Shown here: piece after piece, positions 1-12,422 of the stretch
Layout of the letters: each line of letters starts with the position of its first letter
How positions within the stretch are numbered: position 1 is the stretch's first letter
Source of the DNA: Camelus ferus
Taxonomy: Eukaryota
Reading direction: 5' to 3'
Length of the DNA stretch: 64,000 bases
Assembly: GCF_009834535.1 (NCBI RefSeq)
Contig: NC_045714.1
Coordinates: 6,262,001 to 6,326,000, forward strand
Translations under genes and position numbers: made by a program
The notes under the pieces: generated by a model
Told to the model about the DNA's origin: nothing
The model's input: only the letters and a program-made list of their open reading frames with translations
The model's database searches: none

Positions 1-280
1 GACAGGTGTGGGGCGAAGGCTCTGCATGCTCATAGGTCAGGCAGGCTCCGGAGTCCTGCTTCTGGAAAATAATGCTACTTTTCACCTAGCCTGACACCCT
101 CACAAAAAGGCTGATCTTTTTAATTTTCCCTGTAGTGTTAGGTCCGTCAGTTCTAGAGCGTGGTGGAATTTAGTGATTTTGCCTCTGAGGGTCTGTATGT
201 CTGCTGGGGACAAGGAAGCCATTGGAGAAAGGGGCTGTGATGGTGGGGATGAGGAAGAGGAGGAGTCCTGAGGGAGCTGT

Positions 281-1070
281 CATTCATTCATTCAACACTT
301 ACCACGTGTCGGATGGGCTAGGTCTGGAGGCACAGTAGAGGACGAGACAGACCCAGTCCCTGTCCTCACGGACGTGACCTTCTACTGGGGGAGATCATTT
401 CACGCTGTAGGCAGTGTTGTGAAGGCAACAGAACGAGGTGACGGATGGGAAATGACTGGGGGTCAGTGTTAGCTGGAGAGGCCCAGGAGGGCTTCTCAGA
501 GGAAGGGACCCTGGGGCAGAGCCAGCCCTGGGAGGACCTTGGGGAGTGTGTCTCAGGTGGAGGGAGTGGGAAGAGCTTGCTCCCCAGTCTGGGGATGGGC
601 TTGGATGGTCAAAGACCAAAGGGAAGGCCGAGTGGCCAGGATGAGTGGGTGAGGGGAGGGTGGGAGAAGATGAGCGTGGGGAGGTTGGCACGAGCCAGAT
701 GGGGCTGGGGTTTATTCTACGTGGGTGAGGCATCCTCAGGAGAAGAGTCAGAGTGGGCTGGGGAGACCTGGCTGGAAGCCCCTCTAGTCATTCTGGAAAG
801 AGACCATCGAGATTTAGACCAGTGGAGGGGTCTGGAGAATTGCGTGGATTCAGGATGGACTTCGGAGGAAGAGCTGATAGGATTTGCTGCAGGACTGGAG
901 TGTGGCGGGCGAGGGGGAAAGGCAAGGATGCTAGGATTCCAGTGGTGCCATTCACCCAGCTGGCAGATAGGTGGCGCCATGATGAGGCTTGAGCTAGAGG
1001 CAGTCTTTCCAGGTGGTGGGATGATGGACAGGAGAAGGTGGGGGCAAATCTCAAAAAGAGAGCAGGGATG
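281..1070 (-). mobile_element. L2 LINE fragment (degraded)
   Basis: Begins cattcattcattcaacac, the reverse complement of the L2 3' tail, followed by typical antisense L2 3' sequence; right boundary approximate. Confidence 0.65.
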
Positions 1071-1329
1071 GGGGCCTCGCACATGGATGGACAGATGGAT
1101 TGTGTCAGACCACCACAGCTGACCTGATGATTACGTGTGTTGGAGGGGACACGGTGGTATTAGCTGGTAGCTTTGACCTGGCTGAGCTGGAGAAGGCAGG
1201 AGGGTCAGGCTAGCAGAGATGTGGTGAAGCCCAGAGGCCAGTGTCCCCCATGCCCAGTGCCCACTTCCCCGCTGAAGCTGCCCTCCACCCCAGGCCCAAG
1301 TGGGGGTGCAGGTAGACACTACTGGGGGG

Positions 1330-1865
1330 TATGGTCAGCAGAGTAATGCCTCTCCCCCCCACCCTAACCCCGACCAAAAGATGTCCATGTCCTGACCCTA
1401 ATCCTTGGAACCTGTGAATATGTTAGATTATGTGACAGGGAGGAATCAAGGTTACAGATGGAAGTAAAGTTGCTACTCAGCTTCTTTGGAGGTGGGGAGA
1501 TTTTCCTGGATTCTCTGGGGGCCTATGTCACCACAAGGGTCCCTAAAAGATGGCGGAGAGAGGCAGGAGAGTGTCCCAGAGTGATGCAATGCTCTGAGAA
1601 AGGCCCGACTGGCCAATGCTGGCTTTGAAGATGGAAGGGGCCTCGAGCCAAGGAAAGCCAGCAGCCTCAAGATGCTGAGACAGGCAAAGAATGGACTCTC
1701 CCCGAGACCCTCCAGAAAAGAACACAGCCTGCCCACACCTTTATTTTAGCCCTGTGAGCCCCCTGCTAGACCTCTGTTCTCCAGCAGTGTGAGGTAGTAA
1801 GCTTGTGTTGGTTTAATCCACTCCGTCTGTGGTGATCTGCTACAGGGGTGATCTGCTACAGGGGG
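1330..1865 (+). mobile_element. MaLR solo LTR (MLT1D-like)
   Basis: Hallmark blocks aaagatgtccatgtcc..taatccttggaacctgtgaatatgtta, ggctttgaagatggaagggg, ccagaaaagaacacagcc. Confidence 0.85.
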
Positions 1866-1959
1866 TGCTGAGAAAAAGCTGGTTGTCCTCCAGCTCAGGG
1901 GGCAGCTTACTGATGACCCCACACTGGAGAAGCAGAAGGGCCCCCGGTTCTGAAATCAG

Positions 1960-2130
1960 GAGACCAGGGTCCAAGGCCAGTCACTCTGTGACTTTGGACA
2001 AGTCCTGTCCTGTCTCTGAGATGCAGTTTCCTTGTCTATAAAATGGGGATATGAATGGCTCTTATCTCCTTGAGTTATGGTGAGGACTAAAGCAGCTGAC
2101 ATGGGTAATGGGCTTGGCCCAATGCCTGCC
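1960..2130 (+). mobile_element. MIR SINE
   Basis: Core ctgtgactttggacaagtc..cagtttccttgtctataaaatggggat. Confidence 0.8.
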
Positions 2131-2989
2131 CCACAGTGGACCCTCCACAGGCCTGCTCTGCTATTATTAGCTATGGTGGGAGGTCTGTCATTCCCCTCTA
2201 TCAGCCAAGGGTGACTCCTTTCTTGACCTGATCCAGCGGGACTGGAACCCAGCACTGTCTGACCCTTAGAGCCCGATGCTGGAGGGAGTGCTGTCTGGTT
2301 TGGCCTCCAGGAAAGCCATCAGGGATACTGAGGGGAACGAAGGATATTGGTGCCTTAAGACCCAGGAACCCCACTCCTATATTCCCCAGACCCGGGTCTG
2401 CAGGGGTTGTGATAGACATTGTCCATAATATATTACTGGCACTTAGATCCTTGACTCAGGATCTGCTTCTGGAGACTCAGGTCCAAGCGAGGAACAAGGT
2501 ACAAGAACGTGCATCCTGTGTTGCTTTGGTGCTAGCAGGTCCCCTAGTGTCCAGCCCGGGGGGACATGAACAGGAGAGCTGCGGCAGATGCAGATGGCGG
2601 ACTCCTGTAGGTTGCGCAGGAATTAGAAGCAACGGACTAGATGTAGGTTTAGCAACACATTTAGATCTTAGAAGCATGGTGCCGAGTGGAAAATGAAACA
2701 GAAGTTTATAGCACTATGCTATTTATGTAAATGAACACACACACAACATGACATATTTTACAAAGACTCAAGCACGTGTAAGGATCTGTATCAACCACAG
2801 GGAGGGTGCCTGGGGGGGTGCGGGGAAGGGGAATAAGCTCGGGGACCGGAATGCAGGGGACAATGAATAAGACGGCCTGGCACAGGCCAGTGATGAAGAG
2901 TGGTAGGTAGGAAGTACAGAGTGTGGTTAGCCCACTCTGGGTTTTAGTCCAGGTTTTAAAAAAAAGAAAAAGAAGAGCATGGAAACAAT

Positions 2990-3120
2990 CAAGCCACCAG
3001 GTTCTGAATCTCCCTGGATTCCACAGAGATACAGATTCCCAGGCTCCTTCCCAGACCATCTCAATCAGAATCCCTATGGGGGGACCCCAGGAACTGGCAT
3101 GTTTGAAAACTAGAGCCTGC
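2990..3120. mobile_element. hAT-Charlie MITE fragment (MER5-like)
   Basis: cagattcccaggctccttcccagacc..atcagaatccct..ggcatgttt. Confidence 0.55.
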
Positions 3121-4119
3121 TGAAGTGTGAGCGAAAGGGGAGGGAGGGGGCCAGGAATGCCTGCAGACCATCTTCGGCCTAGGGCTGAAGGAGCTGCTCT
3201 GGGCTTTGGTGGGGAGCCCCCGGCCCAACTTCTAAATCTCCTTGGGGTTCTGGGAGGCTCCACGCTAGGGGAACTTCACTGGAGAAGTGGAAACCCTCTG
3301 CTTGGAGGGAAAAACCTGCACTGGGCCTGCCTGGATCAAATTCCCCTTCGTGAGCCCACCAACCTGCTGACACTCCCCATGCAATTTCTTCTCCTTTCTC
3401 CTGGGAGAGAGGTGATGTTCAGAAGCTATGACGGAGGCTGAGTACACATTTCCAGAGAGCATTTAAACCAGGAGTTCTGAGGGGCAGGTCCCCCTGCCCC
3501 TCAAGGAGGCTGCTCTGTGTCAGCATCTGACTTTGAGGGCAGGGTGCAGGGCCTAGGGGGGCAGGACTCAGGCGTGGGGAGCAGGGCGGGAGAAGGTCTA
3601 AGTGAGGCTTGCCTGGCCATCACTGCTGCTGCTGCTAATAACCCTTCAGCCTGATACGACCATCTGCATCCACTAGTCGCCGGCCCTCTTCTGAGCCTGT
3701 TTCCTCCCTCTAAAGCGGGGTAAGTGGCCTGTTCTGAGCATCTGGTGAACGGAGGTTTGTTGCAGGTATGATCACCATCACCCGATTGCTCATCACCGTG
3801 GCCACATCCCATCAAGGACATGTAGGGTCCCACAAACTATTATGTGCTGATCCCAACTGCTGAAACACCTCTTGGGTCTCTCTGGGGTTTTAACAAACTG
3901 CTGTCCTCTCTCAACTTCACTCTTCCAGTCCTATGCCCGTCCCTTAGGACAGAGCTCTCGGTCTTTCTTCTGAGTGGGAGGGGGGAATGCAGAGAGCGCT
4001 CGAACCACTCCCAGTGCTGTGACACCACCCATCCCAGCCTCCCTTAATTACACGCTAAGTGGCAGGCGCTGTGGAAGAGCCTTAACTGCACGAGCCCACG
4101 TCCTTCCCTAAGAGGCAGG

Positions 4120-4200
4120 TATTACTATTAACACCCCCATTTTACAGATGAGGCAATTGAGGCTTTGAGAAGTGAAAACTCCTGACTCCGGATAAGTGAT
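4120..4200 (-). mobile_element. MIR SINE fragment
   Basis: ccccattttacagatgaggcaattgaggct. Confidence 0.75.
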
Positions 4201-4589
4201 GAAGCCAGACTCCATCGAGGTCTGTGGGACTCCAGGCAAACCTCTTTGACTCTGCATCTTAATGCCTCCTTGCATCGTGGGATCCTGGGGGCGGGGAGGC
4301 GGGGGCCCACCAGCAGCAGCAAGCCAGAGACTAGGTCTCTTGTCTCTATTTTCTCTGGACAGCCTTTTGAAAAGTCTTTGGGGAGCGGGGAGAAGCAGGC
4401 AATTGCCCGCAGCTGGGGAAACATCTTTATGCCTACTGTGCACCTGCACAAGAAGAGAGTTAAGAAAACAACAAAACTCCTGGTTTTGTCAAGTTCCGGA
4501 TTGCCATTTTGGTCTCTGGGCAGAAGAACTCTCCTGTGGTGCAGACAGGCACCAGCGAGGGTGAGGGTGTGGTCCCCTGGACCAGGCTG

Positions 4590-4750
4590 CCTGGTTCAGC
4601 ATTTACTAGCTGTGCAGCCTTATGCAAATAAAGTAACTTCACCTCTCTGTGCCTGGATGTCCTCAGCTGTGAACTGGGAACTGGGGTCATCACTGCACTG
4701 GCCTCCTAAGCGCTTGGAGCTGTGCCCGGCATGTTGGAAGGGCTCTGTTT
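4590..4750 (+). mobile_element. MIR SINE
   Basis: tttactagctgtgcagcctt..aagtaacttcacctctctgtgcct. Confidence 0.7.
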
Positions 4751-4966
4751 GCTAGAATGGCTTCTGTGCAGCAAGCTTGGCACCTCCCCTGCTCGCCCCT
4801 CCCCTTGCATTTCCTTTCTTAGAGGAGGAATGTGAAGCAGACAACACCTTCCAGACGGCTGGACCTCAGTGCTGGCTCTCCCTCTCACTTGGCATTGAAG
4901 CCACGTCACTCACTCGGCTGGGCCTCAGTTTCCCCATCAGTAACATACACTGACGAGGCGCGCTCC

Positions 4967-5383
4967 TATGGTCGTAGAATGGTTTCTCAAAGACATCCAC
5001 GTTCTAATCTAACCCATGAATATGTTACCTTCCACGGCGAAAGAGATTTTGCTGGTGTGATTAAATCAAGGATTCTGAGATGGGGAGATGACCCGGGATT
5101 GTCTGGTGGGCTCAAACACAAGGATTCATATAAGAAGGAGGCAGGAGGATCAGAGTCAGAGAAACAGACGTGATGACAGAAGCAGAGGTTGGAGTGACGT
5201 GAAGCCAGGAGCCAAGGATGCAGGAAAAGGCAAAGAAACGGATGCTCCCCCAGAAGGAACACAGCCCTGCCGACCCCTTGATGAGACCCATTTGGACTTC
5301 CATTCCCCCAAACTGAAGGTAATACATTCGTGTTGCTTTACGCCACTAAACTGGTGGTAACATGTGGCAGCGGGAAACTAATC
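4967..5383 (+). mobile_element. MaLR solo LTR (MLT1C/D-like)
   Basis: aaagacatccacgttctaatc..gaatatgttacctt..gattaaatcaaggattctgagatgggg; ends gggaaactaatca. Confidence 0.85.
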
Positions 5384-6160
5384 ACGTGCAATGCAACTTT
5401 CTTAAGAAGAAAAAAAAGGCATTTCTCTCCTGAGCTCCATGGGCTTTGGCTCCTTTCTCTCCCACCACACTGGCCAACCTGTATCATTCCCTGACTTGGA
5501 GCGAGTGTCGCGGGGACCCATCACCTCTCCATACAGCCCTTCCCCTGTCTGTGCAGCTTCATCCGTCAGGGCCAGGGCTCCTGGCTGGGCTGACTCAGAG
5601 GCGGGTCATGCCACATTAATCCTCAATTAAAACGTTAATCAAAACGGATCCAGCCATTAGGCTGGCCCAGGTCCTGGCATGCTGGCTCTCTGTGAGATGC
5701 TGTGCCCGGGTGCAGAATCTGTCTTTCCTGACTACCTCCTGTACACCCTTGTTACAATCCAGCCATGCTGGACCTCAGTCCTCCTTCCTGTGAGCTGGGG
5801 CGCCAGTCACTGGGTAAGGGGAAATATATTTGCTGGGAGCTGGGTTCTTTCCTCCTTCCCCCACCTGCTCCCAAAGAGAGAACATGCCAGAGTCCCCCCC
5901 CCGCCCCCATAAAGAAGACAGAGGCAGACTGGGGAGCCTCCCTGCTCTGTTCCTGGCAAGATAACACCACGTGCACGTTTGCCTTGCACCAGGAGGTGCT
6001 TTGGGGTGGGAGCCTGTTTGCCTCCTTGCAGCCTCCAATTTGAGAACAGGCTTGGGGAGCAGTGAGGACCCTGGGGGAGCAGGAAGGGGACACTTGCTTA
6101 AACAGTCCCTCGTTTCTTTTTCCTTAGGAAGTGTTAAGGCTGCAGTGACTGTGCTGAGCA

Positions 6161-6179
6161 GGGCGGGAAGGGAGGGGGG
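6161..6179 (+). other. G-quadruplex motif
   Basis: GGG-C-GGG-AA-GGG-A-GGGGGG read directly. Confidence 0.6.
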
Positions 6180-7779
6180 AAGGAGGGAGAGAGGGGTTGT
6201 GCCCCCTGCCCCCGGAGGCAGGTGTGAGGCAGTCCCCACAGAGCAGGGGAGAAGCTGAGGCACCAGTCAGCTCCTCTCTGTAGCGCATTCACTGTAGGCT
6301 CTGATTTTGTTAGACTTCTGCTCTAGAACAGAAGTGGCCAATGGTGGTTGAGTGCTTGCAGCTAGACTTGCCTTTCCCTTTTTATTAATTCTATTTAGAG
6401 TGGCTTCTCCAAGCCGCCATTTTCCACCCTGGGGCTCCATCTCTGGGTTTAATGAGTCAACCAAGAGTAGATTCCCAGATCTCTATATCTTTGGCAACCG
6501 GAAATCTTGTCTCTTCCTCACATTCGGAAAGGGGATGTGGAGAAAGGACAGCCCAGTCAAGACACCTTTTAGGGGTCTTGGAGGTTAATTCCTCAGTCCC
6601 AGCTTGAGTCTCTTAGCCCTGCACCCAGGACACATCTCTCTGCTCTTTTGTTCCCTGGGGCAACCCCCTCACATCTTGCCAGAGCCCAGCTGTGTGTCTG
6701 GTGCAGAGAATTCAAAATGGCAGTGGGACGGGACCCTAGCCCCCAGATCTGCCCCATTCAGAGTCCAGGACTCCCCCAGCCTGGGTTCTCAATCAATCCT
6801 TGGTACATAATCGAGGTTGTCTTTTTCCAGTACACTCACGGACCCCTGTGGGTTTGGAGTGTGTCCCAAGACAGACATCTTTCCACTGGAATGGGCTGGC
6901 TTAGGGCGTGAGTGATGAGGGCAACCCCCAGGGGCCATCCTCACCTGTCTTCAAGCACACCTTCCCTCCCTCCCTGCTCAGCAGGTGCCTCTGAGCTCCA
7001 AGACAGAGAACTTGCAGGTCAGGCTTAGATCTGACAGGTCCTGAGAAGTCTACTCAAGAAAGCTGGCATGCCTTGGCCCCTCCCTTGGCTCCAGCACTGG
7101 GCCCGAATCTCCAGCAGAACCAAACTTTCCTTGCTCTGGCGAGGCTCCCCAAAGTGTCTCTGATTGCAGTCATGTGTGTGTGGGTATCAAACACACCCTA
7201 GAGACTAAACCTCTGCTTAGATTCACAGAATCAGGAGCAGCCCCCACTCCTGTCCAACACACACAATGAATCAGAGCAGTTCCTGCTCCCTCCTCTCACC
7301 TTCCCTGCATTGATCTCAAGGTGTCAGCAAAGGGGGTCTCTGCATCTCTCTCATTCACCTTGGTGACTTTGGTGCCAGACACCCTTTCTGAGCTTAAGAA
7401 TAGCTTAAGTAAATGCCTGCTGAATGGACAACTTAACTAATACACCCCATTGGTGGGAGCCTGCCCTCATTAGAAAGATCAGTGTTTCTCAACGCCTTCC
7501 CCATTATTGCCCACCTCCTAAGGAGTTTTCTAAAGACCTTTTCTTCTTATCTAACAACCTATTCCAGCCTCCCCCCTCCCCTTGAGAATGAATGCAGTAG
7601 ATGAACCGAGGAAAGGCCATTCTGCAACCTGTCCAGTGACCTGCTTATGCACATGGGGGCTGCTTTCCAAGCTGCAAGCCAGCTTCCATCCTATCCCGCC
7701 CCCATCCCATCCCTCTCTTTCACAATTCTCTCCCCAGCACAGGGCCTCACTAACTGTTCAATGAACGAAATAATGAACG

Positions 7780-7868
7780 CTGGGCACTTGGTGTGGTGAG
7801 CTGCACATAGTAGGTGCTCAACCAATCTTTATCCAATCCATGGATGAATGAATGAATGAATGAATGAA
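7780..7868 (+). mobile_element. L2 3' end with (TGAA)6 tail
   Basis: cacatagtaggtgctcaa followed by six TGAA units at 7845-7868. Confidence 0.75.
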
Positions 7869-8709
7869 CTTCTCTCTTTTCCTTCCTCACCCAAAGATTC
7901 CAGTCTATCCAGGCTGAGCCCCTTGGGGTAGGGAAGCCCTGAAGGCTGAGGAAGCGACCTTACCCTCCGTGAACAGAGCTTTCTCGGAGTCCCCAGCGCC
8001 TAGCACACAGTAGGCGCTCAATAAAAGTTTGTGGCAGTAATGAGTGAGTCAATAAAGCCCACTGATGGGATGCTCCATCATGTGCCTAAGGAGTGAATGA
8101 ACCAGTGACAGACGCCCCTCTACCACCTCCTCCCAACACTCCCTCCTCCCAGGATCCTCCCGAGAGGCCGTGAGAAACGTCTGCCACAGCCAGGAGGTGA
8201 CCTCCCCCCGCCCTGTCACTTCGTACCCCGGGGACCCCCGGGAAGCACAGAAGCTGGACCGGCACCGTGACCATGGCGAACGCACTCCACGCCGCAGCCC
8301 ACAGCTGCTGCCGGGTCCTCGGTGGCCTCAGCCGCTGCCCTCGTCGGCTTTCGGGGTCCCCCCGGGGAAGCCGGGGCCACGGACACGTGCAACTCCCCCT
8401 CCCCCCCCCCCGAGCCAGAGTCCGCCCGCCCGGCGGCACCTGGCGAGGCTGCAGCGCGCCAAGTTCCCACCTCAAGTTCGCGTCACGGCGTCCCCTCAGC
8501 CGAGTTGGCCGGGCCGCGGCTCCCGTTCCCCGGCTGCCGGCGGGTCCCGGTGAAGTCGCAGTCAGGGGCTGGAAGCCGGTCGCGCCGTCTCCCGGAGCCG
8601 CCGGCAAACTTCGGCCCCCGGGCCCCGTTCAGCCCCGGCGCTCGGCCCCGCGGCCACCTGCCTCTGCCTCCCGGTCCCCACCGGGCTCCGAGTGCGCGGG
8701 GAGCGCCGA

Positions 8710-8730
8710 GCCGCCGCCGCCGCCGCCGCC
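8710..8730 (+). repeat. (GCC)7 tract
   Basis: Direct count. Confidence 0.95.
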
Positions 8731-8795
8731 GAGGAAGGAGGGAGGGAGCGGGGCGGGAGGCGGGCCGGAGGGAGGGGCGGCGAGCGGGGCGGGGA

Positions 8796-8800
<5 letters not shown>

Positions 8801-8824
<24 letters not shown>
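8801..8824 (+). repeat. (GGC)8 tract
   Basis: Direct count. Confidence 0.95.
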
Positions 8825-8826
<2 letters not shown>

Positions 8827-10501
8827 GGGGCGCGGGGAGCCGCGCGGAGCGGGCCCGGGGCGTCCGGGCGGCCCAGCGCCGGACCCGGCACCTCGAATGC
8901 GCAGTGTACCGCCGGGCGCCTCGCCGAGCCCCGGCTGGCGCCTCCGCCGCTCCCCTCTCCCCCTTGCCCCGCCCGCCCTCGCCCTCGTGCTCCCCGTGCT
9001 CCGCTGCCCTCGGGCTGCACGCGACGCGCCGCGCGCCGGCCTCCTGGGGTCGCGCGCCGTGTCACGTGCTTCCCTTGGCGCTTCAAGTGCCCCGCTGGTT
9101 CCGGACCCCTGGCGCCACTGCCCCGCGCTCCAACATGCCACGTAAAGTCCCCACGCTCCGCTGCCCCGGGGCCTCGCGAGCCACGCGCTTCGACATTATG
9201 GGGCCCACGCGCCCAGTTCAGTGCTTTTTCCTGGAGGTCCAAGTGCGCCTTTGCCCTTGGGCCCCTCCTGCCACTGAGGGCCAGGGACTGCACAGCCCTT
9301 GCAGCGTCAACTTCTTAGGGACAGCACGTGCAGCACCAGGCGCCTTTCCCTTCAGGCCCCGGAGTCCCGGTGGCTCAGGTGCCCGCACCCCAATCGACGC
9401 AGGGCACTCGGACCGGGTTCTGGGGTCCCCGCGTTCGGCACAGGCCGCCGGCTGGGAGCGACGCCTCGCCTCGGAATTGGTAGGAGTGGCACTTTTGCTG
9501 GGGTTTGGGTTGGAGGGCACCGCCCAGGAGAGGGCGCCGCCGCAGAGCCGGCTTTTTAGGGTCGCTGGCCTCCCACCCTCCTTTCCTCTTTTCCTTCCAG
9601 TCTCTACCGCCATTTCTTACCATCACAGAACCAAGCAAGGTCGGGAAGAAACCCTGATGGGGGCCCGGCCTGTGGCCTTTTCCTTAAGGGTGGGGAGCAG
9701 GCTCCGGAGTTGGGAGCGCCCACGCTGTGCTATAGAGGACTTATGAAAAGCAATAGGGTTAGAGAGACATTCATTCGACAGACAGACGTTGGCCCTCTGG
9801 TGCTGTGGAGGCCACCACTACAAGGACTTGGCCCCAAGAACTTACTTTCTGCTGGGAGAGAGGCAGAACCAGGAAAACCGCTGAGGCCTCCGAATGGAGC
9901 CTGTGAGAAGGGCGGGGAAGGAGCCAGAGTAGGGCGCTGGGGGTGCAGACTGAGGGAGAGCCCTTTACACAGACCTCAGAGGAGGTGACATTTGCATTCA
10001 GCCCTGAACAAGGACAGGGAGCCCATCTTTGGAAGATCAGGGAAGAGCGCTTTCCTGGTGGCTGGAACAGCAAAGGCAATGACCCTGCAGCAGGAGGGAG
10101 GGAGGTGTGTTTGAGGAACAGCAGAGACAGCAGAGAGGGTGTTGGGGAGGGTGTGTTGGAAAGGAGGTCCGCCTGGCTGTGTGGGCTTTGTGGTCAGGTG
10201 GTGCCTGGAGTGCACTTGGAGGAACACAGCTCTCTGTGCTGGGTCAGGCCCTGCCTTCCTCTCCCTTCTGAAAATTAGCATTTGTATCCTTTTTCCTTGC
10301 TTATTATCTCTCTGGCCACCAGACATCAGGCTCCATCAGGGCCGGGACTATGTGCTATCAGCATCTCCCACACTGCCTGGCACAGACAGACCATGCTTCT
10401 ACGCTGGTTTTTGGAGGAATGCTCAGGACAATTCTATGGGACAGATTCAATCGTCCCTGTGAGACAGGACTTTACAAACACCACAAGATAAAGGTGTAGA
10501 G

Positions 10502-10671
10502 CAGGAGTTCTCAAACTTCTTAGGCATCCGAATTCTCTGGAAGGCTTTTTAAAACCCAGATGGTTGGCCCCACCTCCTGAATTTCTGTTTCAGGGGGTAT
10601 TGACTGGGGCCCTTCAAACAAGTTCTCTGCTGATGCTGCTGGTCTGGCCATCATCACACTGAGAACGGCTG
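10502..10671 (-). mobile_element. MER5A hAT-Charlie MITE
   Basis: Terminal inverted repeats caggagttctcaaa / tgagaacggctg and internal aacaagttc..gatgctgctggtc. Confidence 0.85.
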
Positions 10672-11279
10672 ATGTTGAAGACTTGAGACTCAACCCCGCC
10701 GGGTCTGACTTCAAAGTTCATGTGAGCTGCTGCCAGATCCACGGGGGTGGGACTCAAGCCTTGCTTCCTATTGTGTTGGGTCAGCTGGACCTTATGAGCA
10801 CCCCTGGGAGGGGCTGTTCCAGGGGGATGGGCGTAGCAGAACACTGTGTGCCTGAGTCAAATGTCAGGGTGACCTGTGGACAGAGGACCCCGAAACACTG
10901 GTGGAGATCTCAGTCGAGACAATTCCTCCCACTCCCCCCCCACGTACACAGACTCGCTTGCTGTGTCCAGGAGTTAAATCACTGCCTGATCTTATCCCTG
11001 ACTTGTGCTAAACTATGTCCAATAAAATTCTTTTAAATCCTTTTAAGGAATTCCCTCTGCAGTTCCTCCCTCCCTTTAGAGCCTTCCAGATTTTCAGCTC
11101 GTCTCTTCTTATCTCCATTTTCCTCCTGAGAAGCCTTCCTTCTCAAGCTGTTGTGTGGAAATGGATGTTGCTGATGCCCATGAGAGTTTCCTGAAAAGAT
11201 GGAAACAGTCTGTTTGCTGCGCACCTACTAGGTGCCAGGCAGGTTGCTGGGTGATGTGTAGATGTCAGAGGCACCAAAT

Positions 11280-11420
11280 GGGCCAGTTGGCGGGCTCTGG
11301 CTCACCAAGCTCTTTTATTTGGCTCTGCTGGGTTAAAATTTTTTAAAAAAATTTTGAAAGAGTTGGCCAACTTTTAAAATTTGGGGAATTTCACATACAT
11401 TTTTTTCTTTGGAAACACCG
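11280..11420. mobile_element. hAT-Charlie fragment (MER102/MER103-like)
   Basis: gagttggccaacttttaaaatttggggaatttcacata..ggaaacac. Confidence 0.45.
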
Positions 11421-12289
11421 GGAGACTGACTGACACCCCTCACATGGGCGGAGTGCTGATGCTAGGTTGTGTCTCACCCTTTGTCTGTGGTTTGCCCTTC
11501 AGCCCCCCATCATGTCATGTAAGTTACCGTCGTACTTCCGGAAGCACGAGCTGCTGACTTCTGGTCTCGGTAAATTTTCTTGGGCCACACAGTAAATGGC
11601 AAAGCTGGATCTGAATCCAGGCCTGGCTGACCTCAAAGCCAAGCCTGTCACCGGAAAACAAGCTGCTAATAGTATTTGGGGGCAGGAGGAAGATGTGGTG
11701 TCACTGGCCCTAAGGAAATCCCTTAAAAGGGATTTACTGTCATCGGTTTAAGAATATGCCTTCCTTTCTATTCATAACCCACTGTCAGTAAGTCATAAAG
11801 TTCTGGGTTGTTTTTCCATGGTCCCAAGGGTTATCCAGAGCTGTCCAAACTTTTAAATCCATCCTGCCCCTTGAGATGAAAGGCTTAGATTTGCAAGACA
11901 ACTGATTAGAGTTAGGACGGGGGCGGGGGGGCCCTTGCAGGGGGTGGGGTCTTCTCCCTTAGCTGTCCTGGCAGGGCGTCCAACTGGGGTGTCCCTGGTG
12001 CATGGCTTGTTGTAGGAAAAGTACTACTTCAAGAGTCAGGATGGTGACGGGGGGGACGTTCACCTGTCACCTCCTCCAGCACTCTTTCTTCTGTGCCTCA
12101 GACACCCCCAAGCAAGCCGCCTCCCTCTTCCGGGAGGGATCTTCCCATAAATTTCCACGCAAATGTTCCTTCGTGTCTCAGTCAGCTGTCACCTCGGGAC
12201 TCCTAGTGCAGAGGGGGAGGTTGAGGCATGCAAGGGTACAACTTAAGTCTTTTTTTTTAAGTTGCTATTTTGCTTATCATGGATTTGTT

Positions 12290-12422
12290 TTGCGCTAATA
12301 TTGATTCTTAAAAAAATGTTGCTTTACAACATTATTTATCTTGATGACTGAGCTTTTTTGGCACCTCCTTAAATTTTGCACCCCAGGGGAGTGCCCTACC
12401 TGCCTCACCCAGGTCCCAGGCG
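12290..12422 (-). mobile_element. hAT MITE (MER96/MER53-like)
   Basis: attatttatcttgatgactgagcttttttggcacctccttaaattttgcacc..cctcacccaggtccca. Confidence 0.6.

Larger units (their letters stand above)
8160..9560. promoter_or_regulatory. CpG island; probable promoter/first exon of an unidentified gene, possibly bidirectional
   Basis: Very high GC and CpG density, several GGGCGG GC-boxes around 8750-8795, GCC/GGC triplet tracts, no repeats inside; no recognisable coding exon. Confidence 0.9.

Noticed and set aside
5980-6000. CTCF-like site gcaccaggaggtgct
   Set aside because: Three mismatches to the core consensus; not supportable without a PWM or ChIP data
8600-8900. Identification as XYLT1 or another known GGC-repeat gene
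   Set aside because: No matching coding first exon is visible; I could not assign any gene symbol from the sequence
8267-9746. Long ORFs over the CpG island (474 aa, 292 aa, 243 aa and others)
   Set aside because: All six frames are open because stop codons are rare at this GC content; the products are low-complexity Arg/Pro/Gly/Ala with no recognisable domain
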